Assembly (NCBI GenBank): GCA_965238225.1
Contig: OZ250183.1
Location: forward strand, 992,001-1,056,000
Direction of reading: 5' to 3'
DNA length: 64,000 bases
Source: Gammaproteobacteria bacterium
GTDB taxonomy: Bacteria > Pseudomonadota > Gammaproteobacteria > Eutrophobiales > Eutrophobiaceae
This document shows positions 22,208-32,763 of the stretch, piece after piece (the first letter of the stretch is position 1; the number at the start of each line of letters is the position of its first letter). The notes beneath the pieces were generated by a model that was not told the origin of the DNA, searched no databases, and saw nothing but the letters and a program-made list of their open reading frames with translations. A program made the position numbers and the translations under genes.

Positions 22208-23464
22208 ATGAAAATACTCATTATCGATGACTCTAAAGAGTTTAGAGCGCTGGTGCGTTTGTATCTTCTTAAAGAAATGGAAGACGTTGAACTGGTCGAG
22301 TATGCAGTAGAGGGTATTGGTAAGCCTGCTGATGATTATCAATGGTCAGATTATGACATTCTATTGCTTGATTATAATCTTGGTGGCGATGAAGACGGCT
22401 TTGACTGGCTGCAAAAATTTCAGCACAAAGATGGGTTTCCTCCGACAATTGTTTTAACTGCAGAAGGTGACGAATACATTGCCGTGAAAGCAATAAAGCT
22501 AGGTGCTGCAGATTATATTAATAAAGCTGATATCACTCCTAAACTTCTGGTAGACGCTATTCGCAGTGTCATATACTTTGCTTCTGAAAGCACTGATATA
22601 CGAAAAGCAGACATTAAGAATGTTTCCGAAGTTGTTGAAAAAATTTACCGCAAAGATCATGGGGACATTACATCTGACAGACTGGTTTTTGGCTACAAGA
22701 TAGTCCGAAAAATAGACCAGGGGTCTATGTCCAAGGTCTATTTGGTAGAGCGTGAAAATTCTGAACAGATTTTTGCGCTAAAAGTACTGGATATAAAAAA
22801 TTCATCGGGATATTCAGTAGTTGAAAGGTTTGTGCTTGAAGCTGAGTTAATTTCAGCTCTGGATTCTCCATTTGTTGTAAAGATATATGAGCATGGATTA
22901 ACTGATGATTATGGTTTTATTGTTATGGAATTCCTCTCTCGCGGCGATTTAAAACAACGGATGGATGCGTACATTTCGCCTGAATCAGCAGTGACCTACC
23001 TGATGCAGATTGCCAGTGGGCTGGATGCAATTCATGAAGCTGGAATCATGCATAGAGATTTAAAACCTGCAAATATTATGTTCCGCGGAGATGATAGTTT
23101 GGTATTGGCTGATTTTGGAATTTCAAAAAAAATTGACTCAAACAAGCAGCTAACAACAATGGGTCAAGTCATGGGCACGCCTAACTATATGAGTCCCGAG
23201 CAAGGAGAGGGAAAGGTAGTTGATATACGAACAGATTTGTATAGCGCAGGTATAATATTTTACAAATTATTAACCGGAGAAAGACCATTTATCGCAGCCG
23301 ATCCCGTTTCATTGATATATAAACATGTGCATGAAAAAATTCCACGACTGGCTGAACATCTAGAAAGATTTCAGGAAATTATAGAGAAACTAATGGCAAA
23401 AAAACCTAAAGACAGGTATTCGTCAGCCAGAGAATTAATGCAAGCGTTGAAACCTTTTGAGTAA
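22208..23464 (+). CDS. Receiver domain fused to a Hanks-type Ser/Thr protein kinase
   Basis: N-terminal REC (IIDD, LLDY, KAIKLGAADYINK); kinase motifs ALK, HRDLKPANI, DFG, GTPNYMSPEQ. Confidence 0.92.
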   Translation: MKILIIDDSKEFRALVRLYLLKEMEDVELVEYAVEGIGKPADDYQWSDYDILLLDYNLGGDEDGFDWLQKFQHKDGFPPTIVLTAEGDEYIAVKAIKLGAADYINKADITPKLLVDAIRSVIYFASESTDIRKADIKNVSEVVEKIYRKDHGDITSDRLVFGYKIVRKIDQGSMSKVYLVERENSEQIFALKVLDIKNSSGYSVVERFVLEAELISALDSPFVVKIYEHGLTDDYGFIVMEFLSRGDLKQRMDAYISPESAVTYLMQIASGLDAIHEAGIMHRDLKPANIMFRGDDSLVLADFGISKKIDSNKQLTTMGQVMGTPNYMSPEQGEGKVVDIRTDLYSAGIIFYKLLTGERPFIAADPVSLIYKHVHEKIPRLAEHLERFQEIIEKLMAKKPKDRYSSARELMQALKPFE

Positions 23465-23559
23465 TGAAAATATTTTAATAAATAACTGAATGGAAATTAA
23501 TGAGGAAGAAAGACTAGGTCTTACTGTGAGATATTTATAGCGCTTTGTAAGACTTGCAT

Positions 23560-23588
23560 AAAAAAGGAACCTTAAAGGTTCCTTTTTT
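23560..23588. terminator. Bidirectional intrinsic terminator
   Basis: AAAAAAGGAACCT-TAA-AGGTTCCTTTTTT between the convergent kinase and pqqA genes. Confidence 0.88.
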
Positions 23589-23608
23589 GTTTGAATCAAT
23601 AATTCAAA

Positions 23609-23683
23609 TTATTTATTGTTGATGTACATTGTGACTTCAAAACCAAAACGAATGTCACTGTATTCTGGTGTATCCCATTTCAT
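23609..23683 (-). CDS. pqqA: PQQ precursor peptide PqqA (24 aa, missed by the ORF track)
   Basis: Translates MKWDTPEYSDIRFGFEVTMYINNK with the E-x-x-x-Y core; GAGG SD upstream; terminator downstream. Confidence 0.97.
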   Translation of the reverse strand: MKWDTPEYSDIRFGFEVTMYINNK

Positions 23684-23765
23684 GATATTACCCTCTTTAG
23701 GTTATGTCTAACTATAGTTTTTTACAGCTGTTGGATTTAATCACTTAAACCTACCACTACAATGA

Positions 23766-23782
23766 TGCAGATATTATGCCAA
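23766..23782 (-). promoter_or_regulatory. Sigma54 -24/-12 promoter of pqqA
   Basis: TTGGCATAATATCTGCA (GG-N10-GC) about 85 bp upstream of the pqqA start. Confidence 0.65.
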
Positions 23783-23928
23783 TTTTATAAAAAATTTAAA
23801 TTTAATTTAAATACAATTAGTTACAATATCATTTGAGCAAGGAACTTTAATAATTGTCTATTGTTTGGTTCAGATATTGGTTCATTTTAACCATCACAAC
23901 CAATATTGAACCCAATATTGAATCTAGA

Positions 23929-24909
23929 TCAGTCATCAATTGCGACGCCCCATGGGAATTTGCCAACCGGGATGGTTTTGATTACTTCATTAGTGGAAGT
24001 CTTGATAACAGATACGGTGCCGCTCACACCATCTGTACTGAATACACGGCGACCATCTTTTGTAATCGCCAAACCCCAGACACGTTTGCCCACAGGGATA
24101 GCCTTGATGACTTTAAGTGTATTGGCATCCATTAACCAGACAATATTTGAACGACCTCCAGCAACATAGATGTGTCTTTCATCTTTGCTTAGAATGACAT
24201 CCTTAGGTTTACTCTTGGTGTCTTCCAGTTGTACGCGTTTTAGAATTTTTACATTTTCCATATCAATCTTGACGATTTCACCAGTAATTTCAGCAGTGGC
24301 ATAGGCAATTTTATTATTTTTTGTAAAGACTGCAGCGCGTGGTCTTGATCCCACCAAGATATTATCGGTGATAATATTTCTGGGCGCTGCAATCACATGC
24401 AACATATTGCTTGATTCGCTAGTGACAATGACTTTGCTGCCATCTGGCGAGATGGCGACACCTTCTGGCTCAAGCCCAACCTGAATTTCATCAATCAAAT
24501 CACCAGTTTTTGGATTGTAGACGGTTACCTTTGCATCATCTTCATTAGAAATATAGATGTTGCCATTAGGATGAACCGCAAATGTTTCTGGATCAGAACC
24601 AGATTTAAATTTTCTAAGTATCTTCAGTGATTTCGGATCAAATACAGCAATCAGGTTTTCTTCGCTTACAGCAACATAGACTTCAGCGCCATCAGGTGAG
24701 ATGCCGATGCCGCGAGGACGTTCACCGATAGCAATTTCACTTTCAATTTCCAGTGTTTCACTGTTAATAACACTGACTGTATTACTTTTTTCGTTGGTGA
24801 TAAAAATCCTGCCTGTTGGTTTTGCATGAATCGTTTGTGACATAAAAATACATAAGAATACCCATGTTATTATCCATAATCGTTTTTTAGCTAAAAAATA
24901 ATATTGCAT
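23929..24909 (-). CDS. YVTN beta-propeller protein, PQQ-dependent catabolism-associated (PedA1-like)
   Basis: Signal peptide, repeats FITNEKSNTVSVI / VG..PEGVAISPDG / VGKFPWGVAI, GSDPETF motif. Confidence 0.85.
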   Translation of the reverse strand: MQYYFLAKKRLWIITWVFLCIFMSQTIHAKPTGRIFITNEKSNTVSVINSETLEIESEIAIGERPRGIGISPDGAEVYVAVSEENLIAVFDPKSLKILRKFKSGSDPETFAVHPNGNIYISNEDDAKVTVYNPKTGDLIDEIQVGLEPEGVAISPDGSKVIVTSESSNMLHVIAAPRNIITDNILVGSRPRAAVFTKNNKIAYATAEITGEIVKIDMENVKILKRVQLEDTKSKPKDVILSKDERHIYVAGGRSNIVWLMDANTLKVIKAIPVGKRVWGLAITKDGRRVFSTDGVSGTVSVIKTSTNEVIKTIPVGKFPWGVAIDD

Positions 24910-24942
24910 TAATGTTCTCCTAAGGCATTCATTAATCTATTG

Positions 24943-25770
24943 TTATTTTGCACAGTTTAAAAGACCTAAGCTATCCAATACGGGGGGCTTGGCAACACCA
25001 CGGACGGGTGCCTCGGCGACAATTTTATCTTTTTCAATCAGTAAGATTAATTGTCTTAATTGTCCTGTTTCCCGAAAATTCATATCACTGCCTTTTTGAC
25101 CATCAAAAGAAAGATTTGTTTTTAAATGGGCAAGCATGTTTTTTGCATTGCTGATATTTTCCCTAGCAACTGAATCAGATGTCATTTTCACCGCAGCCCA
25201 TCCTGCCCAGGCATCGCTGTCCATAGTGCTGTGCTGTGCCTTTTTGAACCGCTTATTCAAATCTCTTGCAGCAAATTTCACAAACGTTCCATGCCACGCA
25301 CGCGCATTCGCATTCGAGTTTGGCTTTTTCTGTTGCCATTGCACAACCGCATCTTCTCGCATGCGGGCACTTGGTGTGATGTGTAAAGCATTTGCAAGAC
25401 AAGCCGCCCTTAAACTATCATCATCAAGATTCAGATTAAAGATGGTAATCTCTGGCAGATGATCGCTGATTTTTTTAAATGTCTCTACATCAACAGCGGT
25501 TAACACAGCAATATATTTGTTGTAGTCATGATTTAGTGCGTGAGCAGGAGAGATAATATCGAGATGATAATTTTGCCCAAGGAACTGACCTTGCAGCTTG
25601 GCTTCTTGAAGCCCCTGATAAACGCCAAGCAGAGCACTGTGTTCTGGTTCTCCAATATAGGCAAAATTAATCTCAATTGTTTTGGCAAACACCCAAAAAG
25701 AGCTCAAAAACGAGAGCGTGATACTGGTAAGCAGAATAATAATATTTTTCTTTGGTATTAACTTTAGCAT
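24943..25770 (-). CDS. Periplasmic substrate-binding protein of PQQ-dehydrogenase-associated ABC systems (PedA2-like)
   Basis: QGQFLGQNY, LNKRF..MD..AWAGWAAVK, FDGQKG..NFR.TGQLRQ motifs; adjacent to the YVTN gene. Confidence 0.7.
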   Translation of the reverse strand: MLKLIPKKNIIILLTSITLSFLSSFWVFAKTIEINFAYIGEPEHSALLGVYQGLQEAKLQGQFLGQNYHLDIISPAHALNHDYNKYIAVLTAVDVETFKKISDHLPEITIFNLNLDDDSLRAACLANALHITPSARMREDAVVQWQQKKPNSNANARAWHGTFVKFAARDLNKRFKKAQHSTMDSDAWAGWAAVKMTSDSVARENISNAKNMLAHLKTNLSFDGQKGSDMNFRETGQLRQLILLIEKDKIVAEAPVRGVAKPPVLDSLGLLNCAK

Positions 25771-26231
25771 TAAGAGAAATCATCTTGATTGATTTTGTTA
25801 ATCATAAACTATTTTTTACTGATAGTATTCTAGCTTCAAGCGCCCATGATCTTCTTTGTCAAAATTTTGCGTCACTGGTTTTGTTTGTGTTTGTAAAAAG
25901 CTCGAACCGTTTAGTCTGCATAGCCTACGTATTGCCTATATCCTCGTGTATTCATACATATCTTTCTGCTACCCTATCAAAAGAACGGATTCGCAAGCTG
26001 GCAAGCCTATCCTTGAACCCGTTATGGATGCACTTTTGCATTCAAAAATGTTGTAGAAAACACAAAAAATGAGTTTTTAAGCAGTTTGATAGGGCTTATC
26101 ATCGTGGCGGCGGATGATGCGCAGATGCGCTCAATCCTGACGTTTAATCTTATTTGACTTATATTTTTTGTATACAAAGAGACGTTTTAAGTAAAAAAGT
26201 CACGAATGTGGTAAAAATACAGAAAATGTAG

Positions 26232-26260
26232 TTGCAATGAGTAAGTAGGTTTTGTATATT
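26232..26260 (+). promoter_or_regulatory. Sigma70-type promoter of the porin gene
   Basis: TTGCAA-N17-TATATT followed by a GC-rich discriminator. Confidence 0.5.
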
Positions 26261-26522
26261 GCCGCCCGTCTTTAAATTTTAAGGCACTTATTATTAGGAG
26301 TGACCTTTAAAGGTTTGATACTCGAAAAGGTCTTGTTTCTACGATGTTTAAGCAAGGCTTGGAATTTTCGGACTTCATAATTTTGTAGGTTTAGAATGTT
26401 TGAATTTGGAGTTTTTGGGTTCTGAAGTTTTTTCAAAGAGTCTCAAACTGGAGGGGTCAAGTTTTTTTATTATCATGCATGAAAGTTTTTAAACATAAAT
26501 ATTTCTGAGGAGGAATATTATA

Positions 26523-27713
26523 GTGAATAAATTTAAACTATTGAGAAGTACCGTACTGCTTGCTATGGCTGGTATGCTATCTCTATCGCAAGCGACCATG
26601 GCTGAGGTGAATATCTCAGGCTGGGCAAATGAAGGCGTTACCTACTATGATGACGGCGCGAGCAATGACATAGTACAAATCAGTGACAACGGTACCACGC
26701 TCGGTACGCGTATCACCTTTTCCGGGTCAACCAAGGTCGCTTCAGACTTAACCGCAGGCTTTGAAGTCATCGTAGAACCATCATCTACAGGTGCGCTTTT
26801 GGGGTTTGGTTCTACTAACGGTCTAAATGACAATGCAAACGCTCATGATATTGGCGTTTTAGGCAATAGTGTCAATATCGGCGGTAGTTGGGGCAAGGTG
26901 ACTGTAGGGCTACAAAGTATGCCGACAGACAACATCGCTGTACTGGAAGATCCTTCATTGACCTTATGGTCTAGTATTTCTCCGGTGTTCCGTGGTAACA
27001 GTGTGCCCATCCAAGGTTTGGGTGCTGGCGCATCTAAAGGAACATGGGGCGGTTTCATGCAATGTTTGGGTGTTCCAGGCCTAGGCATTGGTATTGATTG
27101 TAATGGTATTTACCGCAGCGGTGTGCGTTATGACCTGCCTGCTTTAGGTCCTATAAGTGTTGCTGTTGGTGCTGCCAATGACGATATCTATGATGTCTCT
27201 GGCAAATTCAAAGGCACGTCAGGCCGCATAACCAGCCAGATCGCCATTGGCTATTCTATCAACCAAGGCGGGGGTGGTTCTAATGTTGGTGGTAGCGAAG
27301 CCTCAACATTTCAAGTCCAAGCAGGCTTGAGTGACTTTGGAGAATCAGGTTTATTCGGTTCTATTGCCTACCAGGCTGAAGAATCTAATGACGCAGCTGC
27401 TAACTCAGGCGATGCTACCGATGCTTGGTGGTTAAAGGTTGGCGTTAAAAAGCCTTGGGTTGCTGCAGGCGACACCTCATTCTCATTTAATTATGGCATA
27501 TACAGTGATCAATTTGGCGGTGCAGCTGACAGCATTACAGGTTCTGAGGTTGAACGCATCGGAGTTTCTGTGGATCAGTACTTTGGCAGTAACTTGATTA
27601 TCTACGGTATCTGGGAGCAATTAAGTTTAGATGTTGAGGGTGCTGACACAGCGCTTTACAGCGGTGCTGAAGACCTTGATCTCTTCACCTTAGGCGCAAC
27701 ATACTTCTTCTAA
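26523..27713 (+). CDS. Gram-negative outer-membrane porin
   Basis: Signal peptide, V.ISG, TRITFSG, beta-strand pattern, C-terminal LGATYFF; GAGGAGG SD. Confidence 0.88.
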   Translation: MNKFKLLRSTVLLAMAGMLSLSQATMAEVNISGWANEGVTYYDDGASNDIVQISDNGTTLGTRITFSGSTKVASDLTAGFEVIVEPSSTGALLGFGSTNGLNDNANAHDIGVLGNSVNIGGSWGKVTVGLQSMPTDNIAVLEDPSLTLWSSISPVFRGNSVPIQGLGAGASKGTWGGFMQCLGVPGLGIGIDCNGIYRSGVRYDLPALGPISVAVGAANDDIYDVSGKFKGTSGRITSQIAIGYSINQGGGGSNVGGSEASTFQVQAGLSDFGESGLFGSIAYQAEESNDAAANSGDATDAWWLKVGVKKPWVAAGDTSFSFNYGIYSDQFGGAADSITGSEVERIGVSVDQYFGSNLIIYGIWEQLSLDVEGADTALYSGAEDLDLFTLGATYFF

Positions 27714-27769
27714 AGGATTATCTATGGAAGTTGTTATCTCTTAAAAATAAAGCGCAGATTTGTCTGCTG

Positions 27770-27799
27770 AAAAAGGGTCTCTTCTGAGGCCTTTTTTTT
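27770..27799 (+). terminator. Intrinsic terminator after the porin gene
   Basis: AAAAAGGGTCTC-TTCT-GAGGCCTTTTTTTT. Confidence 0.8.
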
Positions 27800-28354
27800 G
27801 CCTGTAATTTCTCTAAATAAGCATCGACTTCTATTCCTGCTTCTACAATAGTAGATATGCTCTTTTTCTAAACGTACACTAACAATACAATACAAACGAT
27901 GGTAATAATCCCCTGTTTTACATATTTACCCCTGCTAATTTAGCTGCGCATCTTGCTGTAATTCCTACAGCAAAGTCGTTCTATCAACCTATCTTGTTTT
28001 GATTTACTTAAAACGACTCTTTCTTATTCTGACCTCTTATAGTACATTAAGCACTTATCTGGGTCAGTCTCAAAAATTATTTACAAAAAATAATTTTATG
28101 AAATCTTACTAAAATTTTAGTCCGCTAAAACCATAGCTTATTAAAATTCTGGTCTACTTTAAAGTTGGTGTATTGTGGGTTTTTTATAAAATGATTGAGC
28201 TTACAAACGACTGAGCATTACCGATAATGATAAAAACAGCATCTTTGGTTGTAGACTTCGCACTTATTTTAGAAATATTTTAAGTTAAATATAGCTTCAG
28301 TTCTATAGATTAAGCTATTTTCAGTAAGGATAAAAACAAGGTTAAAATCTCCCG

Positions 28355-29308
28355 ATGACGAAATCATATAAAAATCAATTAACTATATTAACATCTACAT
28401 TCTTGTTAATTTTTTGTCATTCAGTTTTTGCCATAAATTTCTTTAGCGATGATGAGGCGTTTATTTGGAAATCAGGTCTTAATTTATATTTTAAGCACGC
28501 AGAGCAAGACAGTTCTAAATATGGAAAAAGTGACCATCCGGCAGACTTAAATAGAAAAGATTTAGCAAACGCCTTGCATACATTAGAATTTACTGAAAAG
28601 AATTTTTTATCAGAAGCTACGGTAAGAAAAGTTTTTTCAGTATCACAAATAAACCTACTTACTAAGCAAATTGAAAAAGGCTTAAAAAATGCAAAGCCTG
28701 AACAAGATATTGTCTTTGTCATGGCAGGAGGTTCCCGCAAGCTACTTATATTAAGCAAGAAAAATTTTGTTGCCGGTCGTGTGTTTTTTAAAGATGGCAA
28801 ACTTAATATTATTATCGGTGAATACGACAAAGATAGAAATGACGCATTTGAAAAACAATATGACCCATCTGGTAGAGCCGCCATCCCTTACTTTTTTAAT
28901 CATGGTAAGCGCTCTGAGAGTTCTAAGCGTTTTGACAATGATCTTATAGCGACCGCCGGGGTTGAAAATAGAAATTTTGGCAAAAAATCACGCAAAGACT
29001 GGTTAATCATTGATATAAAAATTGCAGCAAAGACTCGCATTGCCAAGCTAAATACAAAAAATAATTATTCAAGAAACCAAGATGTGCAATCACAGATTGA
29101 CGCTGAAAAATTCGCAAAAGAGCGGCGAGAAATGCGTGCACAGATGGCGCGTATGCGTAAAGAGATGAAGGAAGCCAATCTAAATTCAGGATCATCTTCA
29201 GAAACTGCCGAAGCAAGGATTGTGACATTAAACGAACTTTTGGGAAAAAAATTGATTACTCAAAGAGAATACGATAGCAAACGTCAAGAAATTTTAAATG
29301 ATCTATAA
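28355..29308 (+). CDS. Exported protein with coiled coil and C-terminal SHOCT domain
   Basis: Signal peptide; ends RIVTLNELLGKKLITQREYDSKRQEILNDL. Confidence 0.7.
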   Translation: MTKSYKNQLTILTSTFLLIFCHSVFAINFFSDDEAFIWKSGLNLYFKHAEQDSSKYGKSDHPADLNRKDLANALHTLEFTEKNFLSEATVRKVFSVSQINLLTKQIEKGLKNAKPEQDIVFVMAGGSRKLLILSKKNFVAGRVFFKDGKLNIIIGEYDKDRNDAFEKQYDPSGRAAIPYFFNHGKRSESSKRFDNDLIATAGVENRNFGKKSRKDWLIIDIKIAAKTRIAKLNTKNNYSRNQDVQSQIDAEKFAKERREMRAQMARMRKEMKEANLNSGSSSETAEARIVTLNELLGKKLITQREYDSKRQEILNDL

Positions 29309-29531
29309 TAACCTCTATAGCAGACAAATAAATGAAATTAAATCAATAAGGACAAATGAATTAAGCCAGATAAATAAAGCCAAACAAATAAGATGTCCTT
29401 GTATCTTTTTTATGAAGATGGATAGCTTAACTAATTATTAAATGCAATATGTTTCAGTTAAAAATCAATACCCAATTCTTAGTTCTTAATCCTTAATTCT
29501 GTATCTAGACAGACTGATTAATCATAAAATT

Positions 29532-30521
29532 TTGAACGCACTCTACCCTGAACTGGAACCCTTCGCGACGGACGTTCTTGAGTTAGATGATGGACATTTT
29601 GTCTATTTTGAGCAATCTGGAAATAATGCAGGACTTCCTATTATTTTTTTTCATGGCGGCCCTGGTTCTGGGTGCAATGAAAACCATCGCCGCTATTTCA
29701 ACCCTGATAAATACAGAATAATTATTTTTGATCAACGAGCTTGCAATCGTTCGAAGCCAAACGGTTGTGTTGAACATAATTCTACGCAAGATATTCTCAA
29801 TGATGTTGAATTAATCCGCAATAAACTCAATATAAAAAAATTGCTTTTATTTGGCGGCTCATGGGGCGCGACTTTAGCACTACTTTATGCAGAAAAGTTC
29901 CCACAGAACGTGTCAGGCATTATATTGCGCGGAACATTTTTAGCGAGACAATGTGATTTTGACTGGTTTATCAGTGAGAAATTAAACAGCGTTCACAGTA
30001 TCTTTCCTGATTACTGGAATGAGTATATAAATTCTTTTGAAGAACATGATAACGCTTACCGCTTGGATGGTTTACATGAAAAAATATTCTCAAACTCTTA
30101 CGAAACACAATTAAAAGCAGCCAAGGCATGGTCATTATGGGCTGGCAGGGTCGTAACCCATAGTTTACATCTGGATGAAGCGTATCAATTAGATCTGAAC
30201 GATAAAGAAGATGAATTAAAGTTAATTAATGAAGTAAGAATTGAGATGCATTATGCAAAAAATTATTATTTCATTAATAAAAACCAAATCCTTGATAACA
30301 TTTCAGAAATACCAGATATACCAGTCACTATCATACACGGACGTAAAGATTTGACTTGTCTGCCAGAATCTTCCTGGTCAGTGCATCAGTCTCTTTTGCA
30401 TTCAGGTTTTTCAAACTCGAAACTTGTTTTTGTTTGTGATGCCGGTCATTTAGCGAGTGAACCCTCAATGATTGATGCATTAATTGTCGCAACAGATGAA
30501 ATGGCAGACAGTATTTTATGA
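29532..30521 (+). CDS. pip: Proline iminopeptidase
   Basis: LYPELEPF, HGGPGSG, FDQR, FGGSWGATL, AGH catalytic motifs. Confidence 0.93.
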   Translation: MNALYPELEPFATDVLELDDGHFVYFEQSGNNAGLPIIFFHGGPGSGCNENHRRYFNPDKYRIIIFDQRACNRSKPNGCVEHNSTQDILNDVELIRNKLNIKKLLLFGGSWGATLALLYAEKFPQNVSGIILRGTFLARQCDFDWFISEKLNSVHSIFPDYWNEYINSFEEHDNAYRLDGLHEKIFSNSYETQLKAAKAWSLWAGRVVTHSLHLDEAYQLDLNDKEDELKLINEVRIEMHYAKNYYFINKNQILDNISEIPDIPVTIIHGRKDLTCLPESSWSVHQSLLHSGFSNSKLVFVCDAGHLASEPSMIDALIVATDEMADSIL

Positions 30522-31339
30522 ACTTTGCAGATATAAAAAACCCATTAATCATGGGTATCTTGAATGTTACTCCAGATAGCTTTTCTGACGGTGGTCAATT
30601 TGACGAAACCAAAAAAGCCACTCAACATGCATTAGATATGATGTACGAAGGGGCTGATATTATTGATGTTGGTGGTGAATCAACAAGACCTGGTTCTGGC
30701 CGAGTTGATGCCAAACAACAAATCTCGCGTGTCAGTGACGTTATAAAATCAATCAAGGAAATCGCGCTGGAAGAAATAGAGATAAGCATTGACACCACTT
30801 TATCCAAAGTTGCTGAAGCAGCGATTGATGCTGGCGCATCAATGATAAATGATGTTTCGTCTGGCACAGATGATCCGCAAATGCTTGAGTTAGCGGCAGA
30901 TAAAGATGCCTCCATTATTTTAATGCACATGCAAGGCAGGCCTCAAACAATGCAGGTAAAACCTGTGTACGATGATGTGGTTGAAGATATCCGAGCGTAC
31001 TTATTGGAAAAGGCAGCAGAAGCGATTAACGTAGGCGTAAAACATGAAAATATTGCAATTGATCCTGGTATTGGGTTTGGCAAAACACAAAAACATAATA
31101 TGCAATTAATCACTAAACTGGATCGTTTTGTTGATACTGGCTTGCCAGTTTTACTTGGAGCCAGCAGAAAAAGATTTATGAGCGCAATCTGTGAAGGAGT
31201 TCAAGCTCATGAACTGATCGGCGCAACATGCGCAACAACGGTTCTAGGTATTAATGCTGGAGTGCAAGTGTTCAGAGTGCACGATGTTCGAGCAAATCGT
31301 CAAGCTGCTGATGTTGCATATGCTCTTAAAAATCATTAA
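30518..31339 (+). CDS. folP: Dihydropteroate synthase
   Basis: [42 protein letters not shown]. Confidence 0.96.
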   Translation: MNFADIKNPLIMGILNVTPDSFSDGGQFDETKKATQHALDMMYEGADIIDVGGESTRPGSGRVDAKQQISRVSDVIKSIKEIALEEIEISIDTTLSKVAEAAIDAGASMINDVSSGTDDPQMLELAADKDASIILMHMQGRPQTMQVKPVYDDVVEDIRAYLLEKAAEAINVGVKHENIAIDPGIGFGKTQKHNMQLITKLDRFVDTGLPVLLGASRKRFMSAICEGVQAHELIGATCATTVLGINAGVQVFRVHDVRANRQAADVAYALKNH

Positions 31340-32511
31340 ACTAATTCTAGTTTATTTTCATTTTTAATGATTTTCTTTGAATTTTTCATGTTGCGAAAAA
31401 TTAGGGGCTGCTCTTTTATGTCGACATCTTGTTCATTAGCCGCAATTTTTCCTATTCTTTCAATATCATCCAGCAATGCCTGATGATGTGGTGATTTATC
31501 ACAGACCGGATCAGCATTAGCAGCATCACCAGTCATCATAAACGCCTGACAACGACACCCACCAAAATCTTTTTCTTTTTCCGGACACGAACGACAAGGC
31601 TCTTTCATCCAGTCAAAACCACGAAAGTGGTTAAAGCTAGGTGAATCATTCCAGAGTTCTTCAATGCTCAAATCTTTAACATTGGGAAATTCAATGGGCA
31701 GCTGTCCAGCTTCATGGCAAGGTAGCGCCGTACCATCTGGTGCGATGGTCAGGAAGATTGCCCCCCAACCATTCATGCAAGGTTTAGGGCGGTTTTCAAA
31801 GTAATCCGGGATTACATAAATGATCTTGGATTTCCCCTTCAGCTTCTTTTGATATTCTATGGCAATTTTTTCAGCTTCAGCTAATTGTTCGCGGGTGGGG
31901 AGTAAGTAATCAACATTGATGCGCGACCAGCCGTAATATTGGGCGCTGGCAAGTTCAACATAATCTGCATTTAACTCAACGGTCATATCAAGTATATCGC
32001 GCATTTGAGCAATATTTTTACGATGAATAACAATATTTAACACCATTGGATATTCGTACGCCTTAACTATCCTGGCCATTTCTTTTTTATGTTCGAAGCT
32101 CTTGGTGCCACCAAGAAAATTATTAAGCTCTTCATTACTCGCCTGGAAACTGATTTGGATATGATCAAGGCCAGCATTCTTGAAGCGTTTTACCCGTGCT
32201 TCATCCATACCGACACCTGATGTAATGAGGTTGGTGTAATAGCCGAGATGATGCGCCTCATAGATGAGCTCTTCAAGATCCTGACGCACCAGAGGTTCGC
32301 CGCCTGAAAAACCCAATTGAGTTGCACCCATCTTGCGCCCCTGCCGCATAACGCGCAGCCAATCTTCGGTTGAAAGTTCATCTTGATATTTAGAAATCTC
32401 AAGCGGGTTTGAGCAATAAGGGCATTGCAGAGGACATTTGTAAGTTAACTCCGCCAATAACCATAAGGGCGGATTTATTTTACCGTTTGTTTCTAATCCA
32501 ACCATTGGCAT
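31336..32511 (-). CDS. pqqE: PqqA peptide cyclase (radical SAM/SPASM)
   Basis: [37 protein letters not shown]. Confidence 0.97.
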   Translation of the reverse strand: MPMVGLETNGKINPPLWLLAELTYKCPLQCPYCSNPLEISKYQDELSTEDWLRVMRQGRKMGATQLGFSGGEPLVRQDLEELIYEAHHLGYYTNLITSGVGMDEARVKRFKNAGLDHIQISFQASNEELNNFLGGTKSFEHKKEMARIVKAYEYPMVLNIVIHRKNIAQMRDILDMTVELNADYVELASAQYYGWSRINVDYLLPTREQLAEAEKIAIEYQKKLKGKSKIIYVIPDYFENRPKPCMNGWGAIFLTIAPDGTALPCHEAGQLPIEFPNVKDLSIEELWNDSPSFNHFRGFDWMKEPCRSCPEKEKDFGGCRCQAFMMTGDAANADPVCDKSPHHQALLDDIERIGKIAANEQDVDIKEQPLIFRNMKNSKKIIKNENKLELV

Positions 32512-32755
32512 AGGCCGTCTCCAAAAAATTCATAACATCATCTTCCAGATTATTTTCTGAAAAAATAGTCTCTAACTTTTTAATTATAGTATCTATCGAG
32601 TGCTTGCTGTTAATACGCTTTATGATTTCTCCGGCACTGCTGCTCAATTTAACCATACCTTCTGGATATAAGATCACATAGCAATTTTGAACCTCTTCCC
32701 ATTGTACGCGGAAAATGGGAGCAATCTCAGGGATATCCGTTTTACTTATGCCCAT
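32480..32755 (-). CDS. pqqD: PqqA-binding chaperone
   Basis: [25 protein letters not shown]; position between pqqC and pqqE. Confidence 0.95.
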   Translation of the reverse strand: MGISKTDIPEIAPIFRVQWEEVQNCYVILYPEGMVKLSSSAGEIIKRINSKHSIDTIIKKLETIFSENNLEDDVMNFLETAYANGWIRNKR

Positions 32756-32763
32756 TACAATAA

